Source: Myxococcota bacterium
Lineage (GTDB): Bacteria; Myxococcota_A; Polyangia; Polyangiales; Houyiibacteriaceae
Assembly (NCBI GenBank): GCA_039030515.1
Contig: JBCCEA010000059.1
Location: 1-15,445, forward strand
DNA length: 15,445 nt
Reading direction: 5' to 3'
The notes beneath the pieces are model-generated. The model did no database searches, was not told the DNA's origin, and saw nothing but the letters and a program-made list of their open reading frames with translations. Positions 1 through 8,965 of the stretch are shown here, one piece after another. How positions within the stretch are numbered: the first letter of the stretch is position 1; each line of letters starts with the position of its first letter. Position numbers and translations under genes: made by a program.

Positions 1-1
1 A

Positions 2-226
2 GCTGCAGCATCGTACCTGGTCAGGCGCGGGAAGAAGCTGCAGCGCCGTACCTGGTCCGGTTTGAGGCTGCAGTGCAGCTGGACGTATACAGCGATGTGG
101 CTGCAGCACCGTACCTGGTCAGGCGCGAGGAGGCTGCAGCACCGTACCTGGTCAGGTGTGGGGAGACGCTGCAGCGCCGTACCTGGTCCGGTGCGGGGAG
201 ACGCTGCAGCGCCGTACCTGGTCCGG
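2..226 (+). repeat. Tandem array of six 24-bp units GCTGCAGC(A/G)(C/T)CGTACCTGGTC(A/C)GG, period 33-35 bp with one longer gap (REP-like)
   Basis: Units read directly at 2-25, 37-60, 100-123, 133-156, 168-191 and 203-226. Linkers are 9-11 bp, G-rich and similar to each other, except one 39-bp gap at 61-99. A degenerate remnant TGGTCCGG lies at 241-248. The array may continue left of the window. Confidence 0.95.
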
Positions 227-376
227 TGCGGGGAGGCCGGTGGTCCGGTGCAGGGAAGGGTTAAATGGAGACTAATTTGGAAATCTGGGTAGCCTTCTCT
301 ATCCCGCAGCTGCAATGTTTTGCCCTGCAATGCATGTCTTAAAAACGTCGTTCAGAAGCATCTCCATGGACACACC

Positions 377-1771
377 TTGACCGAGCAAAAGCAAATCCTG
401 ATCGCAGACGACGAACCCAACCTAAGACGGGTTTTGCGGGCTCAGTTGTCCCGTGACGGATACGATGTTCATGCTGTAGGCGATGGACAGGCAGCAGCCG
501 AAGTTCTTGCTCAACACCATATCGATGTCGTTATCACCGATTTACGCATGCCGCAGATCGACGGCATCGGCGTACTCAAGCACATTCTCGAGGCACATCC
601 TGACGTGCCAGTCATCCTCATTACGGCACATGGCACCGTGGATACCGCGGTGGAAGCCTTAAAGCTTGGTGCGTTCGACTACGTAACCAAGCCTTTTGAT
701 CGCATCGAACTCGCTCGAGTAGTCGCAAAAGCGACGAAGACTCGAGACCTTTCTTACGTTTCGAAGGCACCAACTGACGCTCGAGGTCGCTATCGAATTA
801 TCGGTCAATCGGAACTTATGCAGGATGTATACGGGATCATCGATCGCGTTGCCGATACTCCGAGCACCGTACTCGTGACCGGAGAAAGCGGCACGGGTAA
901 AGAGCTCATTGCACGGGCCTTGCACGAGCACAGTGCTCGTAAGGACAAACCATTTATCCGAGTCAACTGTGCGGCAATCCCTCCGGAGCTCCTGGAGAGT
1001 GAGCTGTTCGGATACGAAAGAGGAGCGTTTACCGGTGCTGTGACTAGCAAGCCCGGGCGTTTTGAGCTTGCCAACGAAGGAACCCTTTTTCTGGATGAAA
1101 TCGGAGAAATCTCAGTCAGCATGCAGGTAAAGCTGCTCCGTGTGATTCAAGAGCAGGAGTTCGAAAGAGTTGGCGGAATCAAGACAATCAAGGTGGGTGT
1201 ACGACTCGTTGCCGCCACCAATCGAGATTTGAAAGAAGAGATCGAAGTTGGTCGTTTTCGAGAAGACCTGTACTACCGACTCAACGTAGTACAAATGCAC
1301 TTGCCTCCACTCAGAGAACGGCGCTCTGATATTCCCTTACTACTCGAGCATTTCATAGATTTATTCAATGATAAGCTTGGCCGGAACGTGCAGGGGTTTT
1401 CCAATGAGGCAAGAGATCGCCTGCTTGAATACCCTTTTAGGGGCAACATTAGAGAACTTGAAAACGTCGTAGAACGGTGCATGATTTTCTGTGATCATAA
1501 CGAAATTCTAAAAGAGCATTTGCCGCCAGAGGTGACCGAGAACACCGGAACTTTGTCGATTAAGTCCTTACTTCAAACAGCGCAACACGCATCCGAAGGC
1601 ACCGATCTTAAGGAGGCAGTTCGAGAGGCTGCAGCACGTGTGGAGCGAGAGCTCATCTTGCGTGCACTTGGTCAAACAGGCGGTAACGTAACCCACACTG
1701 CGCGTCTACTAAAAATCTCTCGTAAGAGCCTGCAGACAAAGATGAAAGAGCTCGGTTTGCGGCAGGAATGA
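377..1771 (+). CDS. Sigma54-dependent response regulator (NtrC/AtoC family: receiver, AAA+, Fis-type HTH)
   Basis: Receiver motifs ILIADDE, TDLRMP and KP; Walker [15 protein letters not shown] loop; Walker [21 protein letters not shown]-terminal [21 protein letters not shown]. Start placed at TTG 377 (GGA 6 nt upstream) rather than 320. Confidence 0.95.
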   Translation: MTEQKQILIADDEPNLRRVLRAQLSRDGYDVHAVGDGQAAAEVLAQHHIDVVITDLRMPQIDGIGVLKHILEAHPDVPVILITAHGTVDTAVEALKLGAFDYVTKPFDRIELARVVAKATKTRDLSYVSKAPTDARGRYRIIGQSELMQDVYGIIDRVADTPSTVLVTGESGTGKELIARALHEHSARKDKPFIRVNCAAIPPELLESELFGYERGAFTGAVTSKPGRFELANEGTLFLDEIGEISVSMQVKLLRVIQEQEFERVGGIKTIKVGVRLVAATNRDLKEEIEVGRFREDLYYRLNVVQMHLPPLRERRSDIPLLLEHFIDLFNDKLGRNVQGFSNEARDRLLEYPFRGNIRELENVVERCMIFCDHNEILKEHLPPEVTENTGTLSIKSLLQTAQHASEGTDLKEAVREAAARVERELILRALGQTGGNVTHTARLLKISRKSLQTKMKELGLRQE

Positions 1772-1926
1772 CACTCCAAATCTGAAAAGATCCTTGCCGA
1801 CATATGGATTGATCCTTTCCCAAACAATCAGTGGCTTCGGGTCCCTTGCCAAGTAGGAACGTATTCCGACTTTGATAGAGAACCGCGGTGCCTGGCCCCG
1901 AAGTGATTCAGAGAGTAGTCTCGTCC

Positions 1927-3342
1927 GTGGCCACAGCTCGCATACTCATTGTCGATGACGAGAAGAATATCCTAGCAACGCTTTCACGAGCTTTACGTGT
2001 GGAAGATTTCGACGTGGATGTTGCAGGTAGTTCTAAGCTCGCGCTTTCTCGGCTTTCGCAGAGATCTTACGACCTGATTCTCCTCGATGTGATGCTACCT
2101 GGCACCGACGGTTTGTCCCTTCTCAGGCAGCTGCGCTCGGAGTCTAACGATGTGGCAGTGATCGTAATGAGCGGTCACGCGTCGATTGAGACCGCAGTTG
2201 AGGCCACTCGATTTGGGGCCAGAGAGTTCATTGAAAAGCCCATCTCTACGGATCGGCTCCTAGTATCCATTCGGAACTGCCTCGATATACGCAAGCTTGA
2301 AGCGGAAAATAAGGAACTTAAGCAACGCAGCGGCGCGGTGAACTCTCTGCTTGGGGAAAGCGATCCAATGCGCCAACTTCGACAACGCATCTCACTTGCT
2401 GCTTCAGCCAACGCAGCCGTTCTTGTGACGGGGGAGCGAGGCACGGGAAAAGAGCTTGTGTCTCGAGCCATTCACGAAGGCAGCAAGCGTGCCCACAAGT
2501 CTCTTGAAAAGCTCAATTGTGCGGCGGTTCCCGCGGACCTAATCGAGTCCGAACTCTTCGGTCACGAAGCCGGGGCGTTTACTGGCGCTACTCGACAACG
2601 TCTCGGAAAGTTTGAGCGAGCTCATGGCGGTACACTTTTTCTGGATGAGGTCGGGGATATGCCACCGTCTATGCAGGCGAAGTTACTCCGAGTTTTGCAA
2701 GAAGGCGAGATCGAGCGAGTTGGGGGCCAAGATACGATCAGAGTCGATGTTCGGGTCGTGGCCGCGACCAACAAGTCCCTTGAAAAGGAAATCAAACTTG
2801 GACGGTTTCGAGCAGATCTATTCGATCGACTTAATATCCTACCGATTCACGTTCCGGCCCTTCGCGAACGACGTTCTGACATTGCCACGCTGGCTGAGTA
2901 TTTTGTGGATGCAGTGAGCAAGGCAAACGATCGACCTCCTAAGACCTTTTCCTCCGAGGCACTCGATGCCTTGAAGGAATATGGCTTTCCCGGAAACGTG
3001 CGCGAACTCCGCAATCTAATAGAGCGTCTCGTGATCTTAATCATCGGCAGCACGATAACTGAATCCGACATCCACTCTGTGATTCCATTCGGACAGCGTT
3101 CCTCGTCGATTTCCAAGGGATTTGTGCCGGGAATGCCTTTGAGGCAGATGATGGATGGCGTGGAGCGCGACCTGATCCTTCAAGCTTTGGACTACAACCG
3201 GGGACACATCACGAACACCGCTGCGAGTTTGGGTCTTGAGCGAAGCCATCTATATAAAAAAATGAAGGCATTAGGGATTCGAAAAGAAGCCAAAATGAAC
3301 GTCGCCGAGTCGATCGATCTCGACGATATGATCGATTCTTGA
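1927..3342 (+). CDS. Sigma54-dependent response regulator (NtrC family, NtrX-like receiver and HTH)
   Basis: ILIVDDE, LLDVMLP, MSGHASIETAVEA and FIEKP; Walker A GERGTGKE; GAFTGA; FLDEVG; HTH GHITNTAASLGLERSHLYKKMK. Start uncertain among in-frame GTGs between 1888 and 1927. Confidence 0.93.
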   Translation: MATARILIVDDEKNILATLSRALRVEDFDVDVAGSSKLALSRLSQRSYDLILLDVMLPGTDGLSLLRQLRSESNDVAVIVMSGHASIETAVEATRFGAREFIEKPISTDRLLVSIRNCLDIRKLEAENKELKQRSGAVNSLLGESDPMRQLRQRISLAASANAAVLVTGERGTGKELVSRAIHEGSKRAHKSLEKLNCAAVPADLIESELFGHEAGAFTGATRQRLGKFERAHGGTLFLDEVGDMPPSMQAKLLRVLQEGEIERVGGQDTIRVDVRVVAATNKSLEKEIKLGRFRADLFDRLNILPIHVPALRERRSDIATLAEYFVDAVSKANDRPPKTFSSEALDALKEYGFPGNVRELRNLIERLVILIIGSTITESDIHSVIPFGQRSSSISKGFVPGMPLRQMMDGVERDLILQALDYNRGHITNTAASLGLERSHLYKKMKALGIRKEAKMNVAESIDLDDMIDS

Positions 3343-3379
3343 TGTCAGAGAATATCGACTCCTAATATGCATTTTAGAA

Positions 3380-4216
3380 CTACGTCGTTGACCTTCTCCT
3401 ACACAGAAACACTACGTCATCAAGAATCTGCACTGGAGATTCTTGATTGCCGCGGCATAAGTATGGTGCACGTGAAAAAGCATCTACGTGCCAGCCCAGT
3501 GGCTGCAAAAGGTAGGCTGTTAGTGCCGTTACTCCAGCTTCCCACGACCGACTGTCTGCAGGTAATTGCTCTTCTGGTGCGCAAATGTGTCCGCCTACCT
3601 GCACATGAGGGCGTAGCGGTAGAGGGACAGCCAGAGCTAAATACCCCTGTTCACCAACGAATCGCGCAATGTTCTCCATAAGAGTAATCGGACGTTTCGT
3701 GCGGTCGATCACGTTGAGCAACGTGACCATATCAAAACCTCTGTGGAGAAGCTCTGAGGATATTTCGTTTGTCAAATCGACAGGAAATGCACTGTAGCCA
3801 AGACGTTTCAGGCGCTCAACCATGGGGAGACTCGTTTCTGTTGCCTCTACAGACTCAAAAAGAGGAGCGAGCTCTCTTGTGACTTGCCCGTCTCCGGCGC
3901 CAACGTCGAGCAAGCGTGCGCCCAAGAAGTCTTGGCCAAGCAGTGCTTGCCACTGCCGGGTTCCCAAGACGCGCATCGAGAAAATGCCTAGCGTTCCGTT
4001 GATGTCGTAGTCGCTCATCTTTCTTCGAACCGCCTCACGGACCTGCATCACGGCGTCACTGTGCGGTTGTTCTAATGCATTATCGATCCATCGTTTTGTT
4101 GAGTCATCCAAGCCGAGCGGTCGAAATCGGTTTCTCAGTGATTTCGGCAGTGCTTCTGTGTCGCAGGTGTAGTGCAGCGATAAGCCTCGATAACGGATCA
4201 TAGGCTCTCTTGACAT
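3380..4216 (-). CDS. Class I SAM-dependent methyltransferase, METTL9/DREV family-like (putative protein-histidine N-methyltransferase)
   Basis: Motif I LLDVGAGDG and post-I ATETS. Family-type segments DINGTLGIFSM, LLNVIDR, LAVPLPLRPHV and FSRAPYLCRG...LDDVVF resemble recalled human METTL9 segments. Start uncertain (4234 TTG, or ATG at 4225, 4216 or 4201). Confidence 0.85.
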   Translation of the reverse strand: MSREPMIRYRGLSLHYTCDTEALPKSLRNRFRPLGLDDSTKRWIDNALEQPHSDAVMQVREAVRRKMSDYDINGTLGIFSMRVLGTRQWQALLGQDFLGARLLDVGAGDGQVTRELAPLFESVEATETSLPMVERLKRLGYSAFPVDLTNEISSELLHRGFDMVTLLNVIDRTKRPITLMENIARFVGEQGYLALAVPLPLRPHVQVGGHICAPEEQLPADSRSWEAGVTALTAYLLQPLGWHVDAFSRAPYLCRGNQESPVQILDDVVFLCRRRSTT

Positions 4217-4423
4217 CGACTCCATTGATCGCAAGCAGCTTTCTGACCGAAGATATATTCGTTGTCCTCAATGCACACAGCGATAAGCTGCGGAAGAATC
4301 GCAAACGCACATGATCGATGCGCGTAAGCGCTCCGAAGCTCTAAGTTAATGACAACAGAGTCGGAGCCTGGTTCATTCAATTGAATGCAGTGGCAAATCT
4401 GCAAACTTCTCAGCCCGGGCCTC

Positions 4424-4972
4424 CTATGTTTGACTCGACCGTGGCCCCTTTGAATATGGGTTAGACACGTATACTTTCTGAATCTCCATGTAGATATCCC
4501 CTTTGGGACGCTGAACGAATACCTCGTCACCCTCTTCCTTGCCGAGGATTGCCCGGGCGACAGGTGAGTCACAGCTGATGCTGTCGGGATCTGCTCCGGT
4601 CTCGTCAGGGCCAACAATGCGATAGGTTTTCTCGAAGCCTTCCCCGTTCAAAAGGAGCACCCAGCATCCGAAGTAGACCTTCCCGTCGTCTTTGGGAACT
4701 CCGTCAACGATCTGCAGTACTTCAAGTCGTTTACCCAGAAACTTAAGACGGCGATCGATCTCCATAAGCTTTTTCTTGCTGTAGATGTACTCCGCGTTCT
4801 CTGATCGATCCCCTTCCGCTGCTGCAGTTGCGACCGCTTTCGTCACCTTAGGCCGCTCTATGTTCCAGAGATGGGCGGCTTCCTCTTCTAGACGCCGATA
4901 TCCCTCGAGGGTGATGAAGCCGGCCCGACCCGAAGTGTCTGGACGGTTCCTCTGTCGACTCTTGCCACGCAT
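4424..4972 (-). CDS. greB: Transcription elongation factor GreB
   Basis: FITLEGYRRLEEE...LWNIERPKVT...AAAEGDRSENAEYIYSKKKLMEIDRRLKFL (GreB-type GDRSENAEY and basic patch), YRIVGPDE and ISCDSPVARAILGK. Start set at ATG 4972 because the longer ORF overlaps the divergent gene. Confidence 0.93.
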   Translation of the reverse strand: MRGKSRQRNRPDTSGRAGFITLEGYRRLEEEAAHLWNIERPKVTKAVATAAAEGDRSENAEYIYSKKKLMEIDRRLKFLGKRLEVLQIVDGVPKDDGKVYFGCWVLLLNGEGFEKTYRIVGPDETGADPDSISCDSPVARAILGKEEGDEVFVQRPKGDIYMEIQKVYVSNPYSKGPRSSQT

Positions 4973-5087
4973 ATCGCTGATGTAGCAGCTCCAGCCGCGA
5001 GGGCAGCACCCCCAGTCAAAGCAAGGTTTGAGCCTCTGTAGATCGTTTTCGCTTGCACGCTCCGTGTCCGTGGATCCTCCTTCATGT

Positions 5088-5939
5088 ATGTTTGAAGCCG
5101 TGCCCTCTATTCCCATTCTTGCGAGTGGTGATGCGCGTCGCAGAGTGGAACGCCTCGATCTGCCGTTCAATAGTTTGGGATTTGACCCCTACGGTATCGA
5201 TAAGGACCAGCTGGCCCGACTCTACACGGTGCTCGGATGGATGCGCGCTCGCTACTTCGAGGCCGAAGAGTTTGGTCTCGAGCATGTACCAACTCGAGGG
5301 CGCGCGATGCTTGTCGGCAATCACTCTGGAGGCATTGCGATCGATGGGGCCATGGTCATGGCCAGTTTGTTTTTCGGTCGAGACGAACCGCGCCTGGCGC
5401 AGGGAATGGCCGAGAAGTTCCTCCATCGAACCCCGTTTGCCAGCTACATACTCAATCGGGTGGGTGCGCTAACCGGTCTGCCCGAGCATGCGGTGCGTTT
5501 GCTCGAAGACGAGCGGTTGTTGATGGTATTTCCGGAAGGCGCTCGCGGCACAGCAAAGCTCTTTCATGAACGCGACTCGCTGGTCGAATTCGGCACAGGC
5601 TTCATGCGGTTGTCCCTCCAGACCGGAACCCCTATCGTCCCCTTTGCGTTTGTCGGCGGAGGCGAAGCGATCCCGACCGTTGCGAATCTTTATGGCTTAG
5701 GTAAGTTGCTCGGTGTTCCCTATGTCCCAGTGACGCCCTGGGTTTTGCCGTTTCCGATGCCGGTTCGATTTGAGTTGATCTACGGCGCTCCGATGCGCTT
5801 CGAGGGCACCGGAAACGAAGAAGACCGCCAGATTCGCCGGTACGTGGAGCAAGTAAAAGAGCGGGTGGGCGGGCTGATCGCTCAAGCGAGGGCGGTTCGA
5901 GAAGGAACAATGCATCCATCGGACTTGAACTACTCATGA
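5088..5939 (+). CDS. Lysophospholipid/glycerol acyltransferase (PlsC-like, LPLAT superfamily)
   Basis: [12 protein letters not shown] catalytic His/Asp block, VFPEG motif, [15 protein letters not shown]. Its stop overlaps the next start (ATGA, 5936-5939). Start at ATG 5088 or GTG 5100. Confidence 0.9.
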   Translation: MFEAVPSIPILASGDARRRVERLDLPFNSLGFDPYGIDKDQLARLYTVLGWMRARYFEAEEFGLEHVPTRGRAMLVGNHSGGIAIDGAMVMASLFFGRDEPRLAQGMAEKFLHRTPFASYILNRVGALTGLPEHAVRLLEDERLLMVFPEGARGTAKLFHERDSLVEFGTGFMRLSLQTGTPIVPFAFVGGGEAIPTVANLYGLGKLLGVPYVPVTPWVLPFPMPVRFELIYGAPMRFEGTGNEEDRQIRRYVEQVKERVGGLIAQARAVREGTMHPSDLNYS

Positions 5940-6862
5940 AGGTGGCGATTACCGGTATTTCCGGAACGATCGGTAGGAGCGTCGCCTCGCGCCTTGTCGA
6001 ACGCGGTCACGAAGTGCTTGGTATCGATCGACGGCCCTGGTTCGGTGCACCCGAGGGCATCAAGATGCACCAAGTGGATATCCGCAAGCGTCCAGCTGAA
6101 GATGTTTTTCGCACGGAGCTACCGAGCGCTGTCGTGCACATGGCCACGGTGACCCATCTATCCGCGCGAAACCCAGATCAAATGCGCATCAACTTACAGG
6201 GGACCCGTGCGGTATTCGACTACGCCCACCGTTACGAGGTTTCCAAGGTCGTTTTTGTGGGTCGGCATACGTATTACGGGGCTGCGCCTGATGCTCCACT
6301 CTATCATGCCGAAGACGAGCCGCCGATGGCGGTACACACCTTCCCCGAGCTGGCAGATTTGGTGGCGGCGGACCTCTACGCAGGATCCGCGTTGTGGCGA
6401 TATCCCGAGATGCACACTGCAGTGCTTCGATTCTGCTACACGCTTGGGCCTTCAAGACACGGAACTCTCGCGGCTTTTCTCGGTGGTCCTCGTACGCCTA
6501 CGGTACTCGGTTTCGACCCGCTTTTTCAGTTCATGCACGAAAGCGACGTTGCAGATGCGATCGCCATGGGGCTGGAGGTGCCCCTTCGAGGTGTGTACAA
6601 CGTAGCCGGTCCGCAGCCTCTCCCTCTTTCGGTCATCGTTCGTGAAAGCAGAAGGCGGAACCTGGCGATTCCGGAACTACTCATGCCCTTGGCCTTGGGA
6701 CGTTTTGGACTACCTAAGCTTCCGACAGGCGCTATCGAGCACCTAAAATACCCCGTGGTGATCGACAGCAGTCTCTTTCGGAGCGTCACCGGATTCGTTC
6801 ATCGGCACACTGAACGCGAGACCATCGATGCTTTTGCGGCTCGATCGTCTTCAACTACATGA
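5936..6862 (+). CDS. NAD-dependent epimerase/dehydratase family protein (atypical SDR)
   Basis: N-terminal Rossmann motif [11 protein letters not shown], then [22 protein letters not shown] and GVYNVAG. Overlap with the acyltransferase suggests translational coupling. Confidence 0.88.
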   Translation: MKVAITGISGTIGRSVASRLVERGHEVLGIDRRPWFGAPEGIKMHQVDIRKRPAEDVFRTELPSAVVHMATVTHLSARNPDQMRINLQGTRAVFDYAHRYEVSKVVFVGRHTYYGAAPDAPLYHAEDEPPMAVHTFPELADLVAADLYAGSALWRYPEMHTAVLRFCYTLGPSRHGTLAAFLGGPRTPTVLGFDPLFQFMHESDVADAIAMGLEVPLRGVYNVAGPQPLPLSVIVRESRRRNLAIPELLMPLALGRFGLPKLPTGAIEHLKYPVVIDSSLFRSVTGFVHRHTERETIDAFAARSSSTT

Positions 6863-6934
6863 GGAGTTTTGCCGAGCCGTCACTCCCATGCTTGGGTGTA
6901 CATCCAACCCAAGATCGAGAGGAATCTGACCACG

Positions 6935-7459
6935 ATGTTTCGTCCCAAACGCGCCATACCGAAGGCGGGCGCCGCATTGCTTGCGCTCGGTGGCTGTGCC
7001 GACGCAGAGCGTTTTCCCTTCACGACAGGGGTTGATGCCGGCGGCGTCGATGCGTCTTCATTCGACCTCGACGCTCAGGTGTCCGACGCGAAGTTTCAGG
7101 AGGACTCGGGTGGGCCTGGCGCTGACTCCGGATCCGATGAGCCAGACGCAGTTGTGTGCAACGTGAGCACTGAAGATCCCGTCAGCCTGAGTCAGGCGGC
7201 TTCCAATCACTGTGACAACCTGGGCTGTTGCGCTGGGGTCGACCTAGGTGCTGAATGTGACGTGTTCTATCAAGACCTGGTGCTCAACTACTTCGCTCCT
7301 TGCCAGGATGACTGGGCCATTTTATTCAACTGCGGAGCGACAAGCTGCGACGCGCAGTGGACGTTTTCTGATCGAGGCGAGATTCTGGCATCCGAAGAGC
7401 TGAGAGTCTGCGTTGAGGGCGATCCACGATTTCGTGGTTTTACGGATTGCGGGGGGTAG
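6935..7459 (+). CDS. Putative lipoprotein with an acidic linker and a Cys-rich C-terminal domain
   Basis: MFRPKRAIPKAGAALLALGGC gives a basic n-region, hydrophobic stretch and lipobox LGGC. A D/A/G/S-rich linker follows, then 10 more Cys. GAGG lies upstream of ATG 6935. Confidence 0.7.
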   Translation: MFRPKRAIPKAGAALLALGGCADAERFPFTTGVDAGGVDASSFDLDAQVSDAKFQEDSGGPGADSGSDEPDAVVCNVSTEDPVSLSQAASNHCDNLGCCAGVDLGAECDVFYQDLVLNYFAPCQDDWAILFNCGATSCDAQWTFSDRGEILASEELRVCVEGDPRFRGFTDCGG

Positions 7460-7540
7460 CGGGGCGATCATCCGAACGATAACTGCGTTCGCACTGCGCG
7501 ACCTTAGGTCATATGTTGGGCGCGGTATCGAAGTGTTTCG

Positions 7541-8788
7541 TCAAATCGGCTTCATCCAAAAAAGATGCTCCCGGCGCTTTTTTTTGCCACCCCAATCTGG
7601 GCGAGCTTGTGATGCTTCGGCTTCGATGCGAAACCCGCACTTGGGCGCGAGCCGATGTAACTGAACGTCTGCGTCCACCCGATGGCCTCCGACTTGAGCA
7701 TCCCCGAGAAGAAAGAAGAGATCGGCGGAGTCGGTCACCACACCCCTTATCGAGCGCAGGCTTGAACCGAGCTCTGCATCCCATCGCTGTTCACCATCGC
7801 GGTTGTTTCCAAGTTTACGACGGGATCCGATTTCCAGTCTCAGCATTCGACTGGTTTTGAGTCCGAGCCAAGGATATCTCCGGCTGTGATGGTCGATGTA
7901 GTCGTAGGTGCCTCCGTAGGGGGGGGAAGTCAGTACCAGTTCCACTGTCCTCCCACCTAAAAGAGGGCTGAGCTTTCGGGCATCGCCTTCTAGAATCTCA
8001 GGTCGCGGAGAGGCGGCACCGCAACTGTCGTCGAGTTCCTTCCAGCGTCTCACGAGCTCCTCACCTTTTCGTTCGAAGAATTCGGTTACAAGTCCTTTTC
8101 GGATGCGTTTCTCCCGCATTTTTTGGGAGGTATCGGCGGTCTGTTTGGAGAACTTGATGACGATGGCGCTGAAGAGCACTTCAAAAAGACGTCTCTGGGA
8201 GTCGCTTTCAACTTGCTGAATCTCCTCCAGTAGCCCCGCCAACTCTTTGAGTACATGGGGATCGTACCACTGGAGTTCGCTCTTTGGCAGCTTCGCCACA
8301 ACCGGTTTGCGGGTCTGAACACGCTCACGGGAAGCGTCCACCAATCGGGCCAAGGCGAGCAAAAACGTGTCTCTTCCCTGCTTCGAAACCCGTCGCGTTT
8401 TGGCTTCAGCAACTCGCAAGGCCAGTGGATTCAGATCAACTCCGGTGGAAGGCAGTCCTCGAACCCGCGATTCGACGAGAACCGTTCCACTGCCGCAGAA
8501 AGGATCCAGTATTTTCGATATCTTGGGGTTCGCTATCGTGCTGCCGGACGCGTCCTGCAAGGACGTCCAATAGTCGAGTAACGCGCGTACGATTCCCGGA
8601 TGCATTCGGGCCGGATACGAATGAAAACCGTGGGTTAGGGTGTCGGCGCTCGAAGCGCTTGCCCGGAGCGCTCGGGCGAGCACTTCAGTGGAGTCTGGCG
8701 GACCCGATGTCGTTATTTGGCCGCTTTGATGAGATAGAGGTGCTCTACGAGCTTCGTTCACCCGCCACGTCTTGGGCCACACGGTCAT
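7541..8788 (-). CDS. Amino-(N4-cytosine/N6-adenine) DNA methyltransferase-like protein, alpha motif order, orphan
   Basis: HGFHSYPARM, motif I ILDPFCGSGT, GVDLNPLA, a long central region, GDAR, and motif IV LVLTSPPY (SPPY is typical of m4C enzymes). Start uncertain (ATG 8788 or GTG 8761). Confidence 0.8.
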   Translation of the reverse strand: MTVWPKTWRVNEARRAPLSHQSGQITTSGPPDSTEVLARALRASASSADTLTHGFHSYPARMHPGIVRALLDYWTSLQDASGSTIANPKISKILDPFCGSGTVLVESRVRGLPSTGVDLNPLALRVAEAKTRRVSKQGRDTFLLALARLVDASRERVQTRKPVVAKLPKSELQWYDPHVLKELAGLLEEIQQVESDSQRRLFEVLFSAIVIKFSKQTADTSQKMREKRIRKGLVTEFFERKGEELVRRWKELDDSCGAASPRPEILEGDARKLSPLLGGRTVELVLTSPPYGGTYDYIDHHSRRYPWLGLKTSRMLRLEIGSRRKLGNNRDGEQRWDAELGSSLRSIRGVVTDSADLFFLLGDAQVGGHRVDADVQLHRLAPKCGFRIEAEASQARPDWGGKKKRREHLFWMKPI

Positions 8789-8965
8789 GCTGCGCCAGTC
8801 GACGTTTTTCGCCCTCCACCTGCCGTCAACGGCGCACAGCGATTCGGGTCGCGAGTTCACACGAGATCGACCGCGTACCGCAAGTAACGAGCGGGACGAC
8901 AACAGGATTTCGCCGCGTGGGATGGAACCTCGGTCGTGTTGCCGCGAGGCGTGTGCTGCTGTTCT

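Noticed and set aside
2..226. CRISPR array
   Set aside because: Most linkers are only 9-11 bp and resemble each other, the repeats vary internally, and there are no cas genes.
62..292. Short ORFs 62..292 and 73..264 with AAAPYLVR / LQHRTWSG repeats
   Set aside because: They are translations of the DNA repeat. The mostly 35-bp period is not a multiple of 3 and the peptide motif switches frames.
320..376. N-terminal extension containing HLHGH as an HxH substrate for the METTL9-like enzyme
   Set aside because: It lies upstream of the likely start at 377, so it is probably not translated.
1832..1849. Sigma54 -24/-12 promoter TGGC...TTGC upstream of the second regulator
   Set aside because: There are 10 nt between TGGC and TTGC instead of the required 7.
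4973..5170. Long N-terminal extension of GreB given by the ORF track
   Set aside because: It overlaps the divergent acyltransferase and has no Gre-like sequence. ATG 4972 gives a near-normal length.
7558..7585. Bidirectional intrinsic terminator (A6...T8)
   Set aside because: The GC stem is only 3-4 bp and lies inside the methyltransferase coding end (KKKRREHLFW), which explains the tracts.
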